From an uncultured Acidimicrobiia bacterium (lineage in GTDB: Bacteria > Actinomycetota > Acidimicrobiia > Spongiisociales > JAENVV01), in NCBI GenBank assembly GCA_963847455.1, contig CAWKAG010000032.1, positions 22,169-86,168 on the forward strand: a stretch of 64,000 bases of DNA. Direction: 5' to 3'. Made by a program: the position numbers and the translations under genes. The notes under the pieces were generated by a model. That model saw nothing but the letters and a program-made list of their open reading frames with translations. It searched no databases and was not told where the DNA came from. Shown piece after piece: positions 1 to 8,456 of the stretch (its first letter is position 1; every line of letters begins with the position of its first letter).

Positions 1-689
1 AGGGAGCTCCCGTCGACACCTTGACCGGCACCCTCAAGACTGATCGGCATCGGATTCCGACTCCCCAGCCTTCCACGCCGGAGGCGGTGATCGCGACGAC
101 GTCGATGATCGTCGATTTCTTCGATTGGGACGGCCCGATCGGCGTGACTTTTCCCTCGGTCGTTCAGGACGGGGTCACCAAAACTGCCGCAAACGTCGAC
201 GAGTCCTGGATTGGTGCGCCGGCGTCTGATTTGCTTGAGGCAGCGCTCGGTCGGCCCGTAGCGCTGCTGAATGACGCCGACGCGGCGGGACTGGCCGAGA
301 TGCGCTTTGGAGTTGGGCGCGGGGTCAGTGGTGTGGTCGTGATGTTGACATTTGGTACAGGCATCGGGTCCGGCTTGTTTGTCGATGGCGGGTTGGTGCC
401 GAATACGGAATTCGGCCACCTCGAAATGCACGGTATGGATGCCGAGCACTATGCGGCTGGCCGAATCCACGAGGAGGATGGGTTGTCGTTCGATGACTGG
501 GGGGATCGGGTCAATGAATACCTCAACTACGTGCACCGGCTGGTGTGGCCGGATCTGATCATCGTGGGTGGCGGGATTTCCAAAGAGTGGGACTCGTGGT
601 CGCACCGTCTGGCCGTACCAACTCGTGTCGTCCCAGCCGAGTTGCGCAACGAGGCGGGCATCGTTGGGGCGGCAGTCGCAGCTTCGTAG
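1..689 (+). CDS. ppgK: polyphosphate glucokinase (ROK family), 5' end cut by window edge
   Basis: ORF open from the window edge. Motifs LNDADAAGLAE, LTFGTGIGSG, PNTEFGHLE and GGGISK match actinobacterial PpgK along its whole length. Confidence 0.85.
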   Translation, partial: GAPVDTLTGTLKTDRHRIPTPQPSTPEAVIATTSMIVDFFDWDGPIGVTFPSVVQDGVTKTAANVDESWIGAPASDLLEAALGRPVALLNDADAAGLAEMRFGVGRGVSGVVVMLTFGTGIGSGLFVDGGLVPNTEFGHLEMHGMDAEHYAAGRIHEEDGLSFDDWGDRVNEYLNYVHRLVWPDLIIVGGGISKEWDSWSHRLAVPTRVVPAELRNEAGIVGAAVAAS

Positions 690-699
690 GCCGGGCCGG

Positions 700-2010
700 C
701 TAGACGACGAATTCCGAGAACCGATTCAAGTCGGCCGGGTGGATACGAGCCTGAACCACCGTGCCGTCTTCGCCGTGGTCTGCGCTGATGACGGCTCCTT
801 CACGGTGGATGGCGGCGACGATGTCGGCGCGATCGTAAGGAATCGATAGCTTGACTTCCTGATACTGATCGGCCAGGCGCTTCGTGATGGTGTCGCCTAG
901 ACCGTCGATGCCATCGCCGGTGAGCGCCGACAGGAACACCCCATCCGGATAGACCCGTTTGAGTCGAGCGAGCGCGGTCGGGTCGGCCAAGTCGGTCTTG
1001 TTGAAAACGAGTTGCTCGTCGATCTGGGCAGCACCGATTTCGAGGAGAACTTCCCTGACAGCGGTGATCTGGGACTCGGCGCCCGGATCGGAGCTGTCGA
1101 CCACGTGCAACATCAAGGTGGCATCGTTGATTTCCTCAAGCGTCGAGCGAAACGCCTCGACCAGCATGTGGGGGAGGCGCCGCACAAAGCCCACGGTGTC
1201 GGACATCAGGATGTCCTCGCCAGACGGCAAATGCGCCTTCCGGACCGTGGAGCCAAGGGTGGAGAAGAGCCGGTTTTCGGTGAGAACGTCCGCGTCGGTG
1301 ATCTGGTTGAGCAGTGTCGATTTACCGGCGTTCGTGTAGCCGACCAGGGCGACGAGGGGAGTGTGCGACGAACGGCGAGCCTTGCGCTGGGTGTTGCGGG
1401 AGTTGCTGAGACCCTTGATCTCCTTTTCCAGCCTCGTCACCCGGGAATAGATGCGGCGGCGATCGGTCTCCAGTCGCGTCTCACCGGGACCGCGTGAGCC
1501 GATCCCTCCGAGACCGAAGCCTTGTCGGGAAAGCTCGGCACCCTTACCCCGAAGCCTTGGTAGGTGGTAACGCAACAATGCCAACTCAACCTGGAGCATG
1601 CCCTCGTTCGACGTTGCATGTTGCGCGAATATGTCAAGAATTACGGCGATCCGGTCAACGACATCACAGTGAAAGATTTTGGCGAGGTTACGTTGCTGAA
1701 CCGGGGTCAGATCGTTGTCGAACACGACGACATCAATGTCGAGCGCCTTCGTGATCGCCGCCAGTTCTTCGGCCTGTCCCTTCCCGATGAAGCGGGCCGG
1801 GTCGGGCCGGTCCCGCTTGAGGAGTTCGGCGTCGATCGGGTCCGAGCCGGCGGTGTCGGTCAGTAGGGCAAGTTCTTCAAGTGACCGCTGAGCGTCGTCA
1901 ATCGAGGCCCCACCCACCACGACGCCGACCAGGAATGCTTTCTGGACCTCGACGTCGAGGTCGGTGACTGTGGCGGTTAGGCGGCGGCGTTGCCTGCCCT
2001 GGTAGGTCAT
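700..2010 (-). CDS. hflX: GTPase HflX
   Basis: 436 aa. G1 GYTNAGKSTL, G3 DTVGFVRRLP, G4 NKTD, plus the HflX N-terminal domain (LIGKGQAEEL-type). Confidence 0.9.
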   Translation of the reverse strand: MTYQGRQRRRLTATVTDLDVEVQKAFLVGVVVGGASIDDAQRSLEELALLTDTAGSDPIDAELLKRDRPDPARFIGKGQAEELAAITKALDIDVVVFDNDLTPVQQRNLAKIFHCDVVDRIAVILDIFAQHATSNEGMLQVELALLRYHLPRLRGKGAELSRQGFGLGGIGSRGPGETRLETDRRRIYSRVTRLEKEIKGLSNSRNTQRKARRSSHTPLVALVGYTNAGKSTLLNQITDADVLTENRLFSTLGSTVRKAHLPSGEDILMSDTVGFVRRLPHMLVEAFRSTLEEINDATLMLHVVDSSDPGAESQITAVREVLLEIGAAQIDEQLVFNKTDLADPTALARLKRVYPDGVFLSALTGDGIDGLGDTITKRLADQYQEVKLSIPYDRADIVAAIHREGAVISADHGEDGTVVQARIHPADLNRFSEFVV

Positions 2011-2076
2011 GGGGATCTCCGGTGGTTTCTCAAGACGGTACCTGGATCACCATGATCCGTGCTCGGGAATAATCGG

Positions 2077-2361
2077 CTAGAGGTAATTGCCCGAGTCACC
2101 GTTTGCATCATTCTCCGTGGTTGCTTGCTCCGCAATGATTTGGGATTCCCGAACTGCGACCACCAGTTCGCCTGTCTCCGGAAGCAGGAATCGCCAGGCG
2201 CCAGTCGGCACCGCCCAGAACTGATGTCCGGATAGGATGTCCGTCAGGGCAAGCGCGTCGTTGTCGTTTTCCGACGTGATGGGGACGAGCAGGCCCGTCC
2301 GGGTCGATTCTTCTTTGGCGCGGCCGACTCTCCAGCCCGACATGACAGTGAACTTGCTCAT
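2077..2361 (-). CDS. hypothetical small protein (94 aa)
   Basis: Internal ATG of the 145-aa ORF, chosen so the CDS does not run over the tRNA. GC-rich third codon positions and a weak GAGAAAG upstream. No family recognised. Confidence 0.4.
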   Translation of the reverse strand: MSKFTVMSGWRVGRAKEESTRTGLLVPITSENDNDALALTDILSGHQFWAVPTGAWRFLLPETGELVVAVRESQIIAEQATTENDANGDSGNYL

Positions 2362-2384
2362 TGGCTTTCTCTGGTGTTGTGATT

Positions 2385-2479
2385 TGGCGGAGGCGGACGG
2401 GAATCGAACCCGCCGGGGACCTTTCGATCCCCCATCGGTTTTGAAGACCGTGGGACCCACCAGGCGTCCAGTCGCCTCC
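2385..2479 (-). tRNA. selC: tRNA-Sec (anticodon UCA)
   Basis: The reverse complement is 95 nt: GGAGGCGAC...CTTCAAA...GGTTCGATTCC...CGCCTCCGCCA. It has a 7-nt anticodon loop with UCA, a long variable arm (GGGGGATCGAAAGGTCCCC), a canonical T-loop, an encoded CCA, and acceptor plus T helices totalling 13 bp by hand fold. Confidence 0.85.
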
Positions 2480-2565
2480 AGGCGGCAGGGTAGTAGCAAA
2501 CGTACGCACTGCATCCGCGTGCCGCTACCGTTGGGGCTGACGTTCAGTCATTTCTGAGGGACAAC

Positions 2566-3849
2566 GTGACGGCATCGTTCGGGCAACTGATCAAGGAACA
2601 ACGCATCGAGATGGGCTTGACCCAGCAGCGTCTCGCCGACCTGGTTGGGCGTAGCCCGTCGACGGTGCGGTCCTGGGAGCGTGACCGCGCCACTCCGACT
2701 GATGAAACCGTCATTGATTCACTGTCGGCAGTCCTGGGCGTCGATCGGACGATTCTTTTCGGTTTGGCCGGGGTCGAGTTCGAGGACTCATCACCGGAAC
2801 CCGACCCGTCGAGCGCACTTGTTGAAGAGACTCCCCAGAACCGGATGTTGGAGGACGAGTCGCAAGACAGTGATGCCGGTAGCTCTTCGGGAGTGAACGA
2901 CGTTGTCCGAGATGCTGAGGGCCAGCCTCAGGAAGCACGGGAAGCCCGCACACCGGTGCAAATGGGACCGGAGCCCGCCCCACGATCCCACGGCGACGAA
3001 GCACGGACTCCGGGCGCGGCGCGGGCGCCCGAGCCAGCCAAGCCGTACCTGCTCCAGACGGATCGTCGGGCCGACCATGTGCGCCCGGGACCGCTGCGAC
3101 CTGGCGTGGACGATGCGGTCGAACTGCCCCTGTTCTCCGATGAGGTTCCAGACCGCATAGAACCAGACCCCGTGGAACCAGACCCCGTGGAACCAGACCC
3201 CGTGGAACCGCCATCCGATTGGAATGCCGAAATCGATCTCGATGACTTCTCTGATTCCGGCCCGCTTGAGGACCTCTTGGCCGTTGAGCCACTAACTCCC
3301 GCCATTGGGCCGGCTGACGAGAACCCACCGGCCTCTGAGGCTGCATTCGAAGGGGAGGGGCCCGGGATCGAAGACGAAGTTGACGAAAACGCATGGGAGG
3401 ACGAACCCACCCAGATCCTCATGCCGACGGGTCCCGCAGAGGAACGCCTTCTTGGTGTGGCCACCGCCAAGGCGGTCGAATATCTGGCCGAGCCACGGCC
3501 GGTGCCCGAACCGGAGCCTGAGGCGGCAGAGGCGACTGAGGTGATACCGCGGACCCCGTTAGTCCAACCCGCCCCCACGGTTGAAGTGGCCGCGCAACCG
3601 ACCAAGCCGGTTCGTACCGTTGCCCCGGCTGGCGTCGCGGGTCGATCGCGAACCCAAACCATGGAGTCGGGACGTCCGATCGGGCCCAACTCGTATCTTG
3701 ATGATCCGAAGGAAATCCGTGGCTACCGGATCCGGGCAGGCCTGACCACGGCCGCGCTCATCGCCATGCTCATCCTCGCCCGTTGGGCCTGGGCCGGGTT
3801 CCGCGAACAGCTCGGTGGCATTCTCGATACGCTCACCACCGGGTTTTAG
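2566..3849 (+). CDS. XRE-type helix-turn-helix protein with long acidic/proline-rich linker and C-terminal transmembrane anchor
   Basis: GTG start 6 nt after GAGGGA. N-terminal HTH (LTQQRLADLVGRSPSTVRSWERDR), a low-complexity P/E/D-rich region of about 300 aa, and one hydrophobic helix (TTAALIAMLILARWAWAGF) near the C terminus. Confidence 0.75.
   Translation: MTASFGQLIKEQRIEMGLTQQRLADLVGRSPSTVRSWERDRATPTDETVIDSLSAVLGVDRTILFGLAGVEFEDSSPEPDPSSALVEETPQNRMLEDESQDSDAGSSSGVNDVVRDAEGQPQEAREARTPVQMGPEPAPRSHGDEARTPGAARAPEPAKPYLLQTDRRADHVRPGPLRPGVDDAVELPLFSDEVPDRIEPDPVEPDPVEPDPVEPPSDWNAEIDLDDFSDSGPLEDLLAVEPLTPAIGPADENPPASEAAFEGEGPGIEDEVDENAWEDEPTQILMPTGPAEERLLGVATAKAVEYLAEPRPVPEPEPEAAEATEVIPRTPLVQPAPTVEVAAQPTKPVRTVAPAGVAGRSRTQTMESGRPIGPNSYLDDPKEIRGYRIRAGLTTAALIAMLILARWAWAGFREQLGGILDTLTTGF
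3160..3209 (+). repeat. 15-bp tandem repeat, 3 perfect copies plus a partial copy (gaaccagaccccgtg), in frame, encoding (EPDPV)n
   Basis: Read directly: gaaccagaccccgtg at 3160, 3175 and 3190, then gaacc. A degenerate copy lies just upstream at 3145-3159. Confidence 0.9.
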
Positions 3850-3873
3850 CTTTCAGGCTGCGCTAGGCCCGCG

Positions 3874-3905
3874 AAAGAGGCCCCCGCGTTAGCGAGAGCC
3901 TCTTT
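3874..3905 (+). terminator. possible terminator hairpin after the HTH gene
   Basis: aaagaggc ... gcctcttt is an 8-bp stem enclosing a small cgc/gcg helix, 25 nt after the stop. There is no U tract. Confidence 0.3.
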
Positions 3906-4092
3906 ACTTCCCCCCATTTTCCCCAGACCTAACTAGCCCACGCCCTCCCCGGAAGGCGCCGACCCGCAAAACCGTCCCCACTTCGCTTGCGTCCAGGTCT
4001 GTCTTGAGAAACGGCCACAGCTGAATCTCATCTCTTTTTTACCGGACAGCACTTAATTGCTGCTTAACGCCACCCTGCGCGTCCGGGTTGGT

Positions 4093-4812
4093 CTAGATCG
4101 ATTGCAGCAACAGCGTGGCGCCCGCCAGTGCAGAAACAGCGATGATGCTGTTGCGGAGTCGTGGGCCCGACGCCAAACCGTGTAGGCGGGCGGACAGGAC
4201 GAAGCCCAGGATGAGCGGGATCACCAGAAGGGCCGCAACCTGGACGTCAAGTCCCGTCGTGCGACCTGTGAAGCTGAGCACCGCAATGTTGATTGACTGA
4301 CCAACGATGAAGATAGTCGACAGTGTCGACCGGGTGGTCGGTCCTTCGGTACCTGCGAAAAGCAGAGCCAGCATTGGCCCGCCGACGCCGGTCACGATCC
4401 CACTGGCTCCACTGAGGATGCCGACTCCGGCTTCTGTCTGGCGGCTTCTCGGTATTGACCAGCCCGAGGTCATGATGAGCGCCGCTCCCACCACAACCGA
4501 GCCGATGACGATGCTGCCGATACGTTCCGTCATGAAGCCGAGCAACCAGGCCCCGATCACGGCCCCGATGGTCCGGCCAACCACGATCCACCGGACTCCC
4601 GAGAAGTCGATCGATCGCCGCTCGCGGATTGCCATGCCGGTTGCGAGAGTCAGGGACAGCATGATCTGGGGAATCGGCGTGAGGGTCGGATCGAGAATGG
4701 TGAGCAGTGGTACGGAGATAGCCGCAAATCCGAAGCCGATCGTGCCCTGCAAAAGAGCGGCCACGACGGTGATCGCGGCCGCCACGATCATGATGGTTAA
4801 GTCAGGCATCAA
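4093..4812 (-). CDS. TauE/SafE family sulfite/anion exporter (DUF81) membrane protein
   Basis: 239 aa and very hydrophobic. N-terminal LQGTIGFGFAAISVPLL and a second-half GASGIVTGVGGPML repeat are typical of TauE/SafE. Confidence 0.8.
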   Translation of the reverse strand: MMPDLTIMIVAAAITVVAALLQGTIGFGFAAISVPLLTILDPTLTPIPQIMLSLTLATGMAIRERRSIDFSGVRWIVVGRTIGAVIGAWLLGFMTERIGSIVIGSVVVGAALIMTSGWSIPRSRQTEAGVGILSGASGIVTGVGGPMLALLFAGTEGPTTRSTLSTIFIVGQSINIAVLSFTGRTTGLDVQVAALLVIPLILGFVLSARLHGLASGPRLRNSIIAVSALAGATLLLQSI

Positions 4813-5072
4813 CGATTGGCGCTCCTTCGGCGCCGCAGTCTTGCACGAACCAAAAAAACTCTCTCATTTGGACGGGTTTTGTGGTTGACTGTGCGTACCA
4901 GAGAAAGGAGGTGGTCCTAGTTGGGTAATTCTTATTGGACTCTGGAGGTGGCCGAGCGTTAGCGCGACGGCCAAGTCGCGACTGCGACTTCCACTCGGAC
5001 CACCGAGGTTCTCGGTTCGCATGAAGGTCCACATGCGACCCTCGAAATGAGGGAAGAATCGATTACTTTTAA

Positions 5073-5104
5073 GATGAGCGGAGGCCTTCGGGCTTCCGCT
5101 CATC
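5073..5104. other. strong hairpin, 14-bp stem with ttcg loop
   Basis: gatgagcggaggcc ttcg ggcttccgctcatc, with one G-T wobble and otherwise perfect pairing. It lies in the 359-bp gap between divergent genes. Confidence 0.6.
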
Positions 5105-5171
5105 CAGTTAACCGGCTCCATGGATGCCAGGTTCTTCATGGTTGCGAGAAGCCACTATCGTTCGGTGTCTC

Positions 5172-6062
5172 ATGCAGGCACAGGTAGGCGACATCACCCT
5201 TGAATACGATACGTTCGGTTCGCCCGACGATCCGACGATCCTGCTGGTCATGGGTTTGGCGACGCAGATGATTGCCTGGCAGCCGGCCTTTTGCGAGATG
5301 CTGGCGGGCCATGGATTTCACGTAGTCCGATTCGACAACCGCGACATCGGGCTGAGCACGAAACACCATGGGGTCCCCTCAGGCATCGATGGGTTGCCCT
5401 CCGCGTTCAAGCTCCGACTAACCGGCAAGGCTCCCTATTACCTATCTGACCTTGCCAACGATGCGTTCGGGTTGCTTGACGCGCTCGATGTTGCGAAGGC
5501 ACACGTGGTGGGGGTGTCGATGGGTGGGATGATCGTTCAGCAAATGGCCATCCTCCACCCCGAGCGGCTGCTGTCGATGACTTCGATCATGTCGACGACC
5601 GGGTCCATGTTCGTTGGGCATTCGACAAGCGACGCGATGAAGATGATGTTTCGACCTGAAGCCACCGATCGAGAGGAAGCGATCAATGGAAGCGTTGAGG
5701 TCCGCAGAATCACCAGCCCACATCATTTCAACCTGAGCGAAGCAAGGAAATGGGCGGAGGCGGCGTTCGACAGGTCCCATTATCCCGAGGGCGGGGGACG
5801 TCAGTTGGCGGCGATTTTTGCTTCTGGGAACCGGACCAAGGCGCTCCGTGAAGTCACAGTCCCGACGTTGGTCATCCATGGGGAAGCGGATCCGCTGGTA
5901 AACATATCGGGCGGTCGAGCTACTGCCAAGGCGATCCCTGGTTCGACGTTCAAGTCATATCCAACGATGGGTCACGATCTGCCAGAACCACTGTGGCCTG
6001 AACTTACCGCCGACATCGCCGAGCACGCCAAGCGCGCCACCACCCAGATCCCTGCAACCTGA
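5172..6062 (+). CDS. alpha/beta-fold hydrolase
   Basis: HGFHVVRFDNRDIGLS, nucleophile elbow GVSMGG, and a C-terminal MGHDLP histidine motif. ATG at 5172 chosen within the longer ORF. Confidence 0.85.
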   Translation: MQAQVGDITLEYDTFGSPDDPTILLVMGLATQMIAWQPAFCEMLAGHGFHVVRFDNRDIGLSTKHHGVPSGIDGLPSAFKLRLTGKAPYYLSDLANDAFGLLDALDVAKAHVVGVSMGGMIVQQMAILHPERLLSMTSIMSTTGSMFVGHSTSDAMKMMFRPEATDREEAINGSVEVRRITSPHHFNLSEARKWAEAAFDRSHYPEGGGRQLAAIFASGNRTKALREVTVPTLVIHGEADPLVNISGGRATAKAIPGSTFKSYPTMGHDLPEPLWPELTADIAEHAKRATTQIPAT

Positions 6063-6070
6063 CAACCGTC

Positions 6071-6095
6071 GAACCCTGGGTTGAACCCAGGGTTC
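6071..6095. terminator. hairpin between convergent hydrolase and ybaK genes (possible bidirectional terminator)
   Basis: gaaccctgggtt g aacccagggttc is a near-perfect palindrome 9 nt after the hydrolase stop. Confidence 0.45.
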
Positions 6096-6155
6096 CAGAG
6101 CCCGAAAATGGGCGTTGTGGCCCCACGTTCGGCTGTTCGACGTCTCTGGTTGATA

Positions 6156-6647
6156 TCACGGACCGGCGAGGTCGGCGACTATCGCATCGAGTGATCGTAC
6201 GAGGTCGGCCGGGGATAGCGAGACCTGGAGGCCGCGCCGGCCAGCCGACACATAGACCGTTTCGAAGTCGATGATCGTACGATCGGCAACCGTGCGAAGG
6301 CGCTTTTTCTGGCCGAACGGTGAGATGCCGCCAACGACATATCCGGTAGCTCGCTCGGCTTGGGCCGGTTCGGCCATCGACGCCTTTTTGGCGCCGATGG
6401 CTTTGGCGAGCGCCTTCAAGTTGAGCGTGCCACTCACGGGGACGATCCCGGTGACCAGGTCTCCGTCGACGGCCGCCACCAGCGTTTTGAAAACGCGCTC
6501 CGCGGGCACGCCAATCTCTCTGGCGACCGCTTCCCCGTAGGTGACGGTGAGTTCGTCCGTGACGTTTACCTCGTAATGATGCAATTCGTAGGCGACACCC
6601 AGACGGTCGAGTTGGGTGGTGGCAGGTGTTGCGGACATGCGCAGCAT
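6156..6647 (-). CDS. ybaK: Cys-tRNA(Pro)/Cys-tRNA(Cys) deacylase YbaK
   Basis: Collinear with E. coli YbaK: VFKTLVAAVDG, LNLKALAKAIGAKKASMA, TGYVVGGISPFGQKKRL. The start may be the ATG at 6638. Confidence 0.85.
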   Translation of the reverse strand: MLRMSATPATTQLDRLGVAYELHHYEVNVTDELTVTYGEAVAREIGVPAERVFKTLVAAVDGDLVTGIVPVSGTLNLKALAKAIGAKKASMAEPAQAERATGYVVGGISPFGQKKRLRTVADRTIIDFETVYVSAGRRGLQVSLSPADLVRSLDAIVADLAGP

Positions 6648-6805
6648 TGTCGCGTCTCAGGCTCGGTTCGGCTAGCCAACCGACCCAGCCGTTGTGTCCG
6701 TCATGGATCGAACGTAGGGCGCCAGGGCCCGTTATCGGGCCTACGAACCCTGGGTTCGACCCTGGGTTTGGGAATGGGGGGCGGGGGTGTACGGTTGGGA
6801 CCTGT

Positions 6806-7483
6806 ATGAGTGACACAAGCGAACTTATTTACGTGGTTGATCCAATGTGTTCGTGGTGCTGGGGCTTCGCGCCAGCCTTCCGGGCAGTTGTCGATCACCA
6901 TCCCGAACTGGCCGTGAACGTCGTCGCCGGAGGTCTCCGGCCCGGCGAGGCCGCCGAACCGTTGAACGATCAGATGCGCCAGACGCTCGCCCATCATTGG
7001 GAGCAGGTCGAACAAAGGAGTGGCCAACCCTTCGATTTGGCTGGTCTCGATCGCCAGGACTGGGTCTATGACACCGAGCTAGCCGACATCGCCGTGGTGA
7101 CCATGCGCAATCTTGCTCCTGACCAGGTTCTCCCGTGGGTGCACCACCTCCATGAATCGTTCTACGCCAAGGCCATCGACCTCACCGACCCGGCCGTGTA
7201 CCCGTCGCTGCTGGCCGGTTTTGACGTGGATACTGAAGCGTTTATGTCGGCCCTGCAATCACCCGAGATGAAAGCCGCTACCTGGCAGGACTTCAGCCTC
7301 GCCCGCCAACTGGGTGCCTCAGGGTTTCCGACTGTGCTCGGGGTGCGCGACGGGAAGGCGATGATCCTGACCCGTGGCTATACGGACGCCGAGACGTTCG
7401 ACAAGATCATTCACCGGTGGATGGAGCTCACGGTTCCCGACATCGAACCCGGCGCGAGTTGCTCGATCGACGGGGTTTGTTAG
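6806..7483 (+). CDS. DsbA-family thioredoxin-fold protein
   Basis: ATG at 6806 followed by IYVVDPMCSWCWGF (CxxC). Length and C-terminal GFPTVL are typical of this DsbA-like family. Confidence 0.75.
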   Translation: MSDTSELIYVVDPMCSWCWGFAPAFRAVVDHHPELAVNVVAGGLRPGEAAEPLNDQMRQTLAHHWEQVEQRSGQPFDLAGLDRQDWVYDTELADIAVVTMRNLAPDQVLPWVHHLHESFYAKAIDLTDPAVYPSLLAGFDVDTEAFMSALQSPEMKAATWQDFSLARQLGASGFPTVLGVRDGKAMILTRGYTDAETFDKIIHRWMELTVPDIEPGASCSIDGVC

Positions 7484-7487
7484 CCCG

Positions 7488-8456
7488 TTAGGGGATCAGG
7501 AGGGTCTTGCCTGTAGTCGCCCGGGCTTGCAAGGCTCGGTGGGCTTCAGCGGCCTCTTCGAGTGGCCAGGTCTGGCCGATGCGGACTTGCAGCTTGCCGT
7601 CGCCGATCCACTCGAACAGCTCGCTTGACCGCTTCACGAGTTCTTCCCGCTTGGCGATGTAGCTGAACAGCGTGGGTCGGGTTGCATAGAGCGACCCGTT
7701 TTGGGCAAGCACTTGTAGATCTACTGGCGGGACTGGTCCCGAGGCGGCGCCGAACAAGGCCATGAGGCCACGCGGTCGAAGAAGGCGGAGACCGTCATCG
7801 AACGTTGTTTTCCCCACGCCGTCGTAGACGACGTCAAGCGGTCTCGGTCCCCCAATTTCCTCGACTGCATCGGCGAAGTTCACTTCGTCGTATCGGATAA
7901 CGTGGTCGGCTCCGGCGGCTTTTGCGAGTTCGGCTTTTTCGTGTGAAGACACAGTCGTGTAGACCTCGGCGCCGATGAGCTTGGCCATCTGTATGACCAG
8001 CAAGCCGACACCCCCCGCTCCGGCGTGGATCAGGCACTTGCTATCAGGCGTCAACGTGTACGTGTCACGCACGAGATAGTGAGCGGTTAGACCTTGTAGG
8101 GGGATAGCCGCTGCGGTCTCCATTTCGATGCCATCAGGGACGGCCACGAGTTTGGAGGCGTCGGCCGCCACGAAGTCGGCATACGAGCCGAGGGCGCCGG
8201 TCCATGCCACCCGATCGCCGACCGTGAAACCCTCAACACTGTCGCCGACTTCGACGATGGTGCCCGAACCCTCGAGTCCGGGGGTCATGGGAAAGTCCAT
8301 CGGATACAAGGCGATCCGGTGGTATGTGTCGATGTAGTTGAGGCCCGCCGCGGCGATTTCCACCACGGCTTGGCCAGGTCCGGCGGACGGGTCGTCAACT
8401 GACTTGTATTCGAGTACCTCGGGTCCGCCCGGGGCGGCTATAACGATGGCCTTCAT
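7488..8456 (-). CDS. qor: NADPH:quinone oxidoreductase (zeta-crystallin/MDR family)
   Basis: MKAIVI...GGPEVL, GLNYIDTYHR and the AGAGGVGLL nucleotide motif. The start overlaps the upstream stop (ATGA). Confidence 0.85.
   Translation of the reverse strand: MKAIVIAAPGGPEVLEYKSVDDPSAGPGQAVVEIAAAGLNYIDTYHRIALYPMDFPMTPGLEGSGTIVEVGDSVEGFTVGDRVAWTGALGSYADFVAADASKLVAVPDGIEMETAAAIPLQGLTAHYLVRDTYTLTPDSKCLIHAGAGGVGLLVIQMAKLIGAEVYTTVSSHEKAELAKAAGADHVIRYDEVNFADAVEEIGGPRPLDVVYDGVGKTTFDDGLRLLRPRGLMALFGAASGPVPPVDLQVLAQNGSLYATRPTLFSYIAKREELVKRSSELFEWIGDGKLQVRIGQTWPLEEAAEAHRALQARATTGKTLLIP

Noticed and set aside
2928-3689. Long antisense or alternative-frame ORFs, for example 2928-3689(-), 6004-6816(-), 13175-13879(+), 17267-18253(-), 20839-21591(-), 25313-26158(+) and 61122-62126(-).
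   Set aside because: Each lies entirely within a well-supported gene on the other strand or in another frame, and all have Arg/Pro/Gly/Ser-rich compositions. This is the typical stop-codon-poor artefact of GC-rich DNA.
2000-4100. Integrative element or prophage inserted at the tRNA-Sec gene.
   Set aside because: There is no integrase, excisionase or phage-like gene nearby, no direct repeat of the tRNA 3' end was seen, and the flanking genes are ordinary chromosomal genes.
4943-5004. tRNA-like element on the minus strand: GGTGGTC...GGCCACC-T-CCA, an acceptor-like 7-bp stem followed by CCA.
   Set aside because: It is only 62 nt long, has no T-loop (GTTCRANYC) or D-arm, and its central hairpin has a 6-nt loop. 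It is kept as part of the structured intergenic region, not called as a tRNA.
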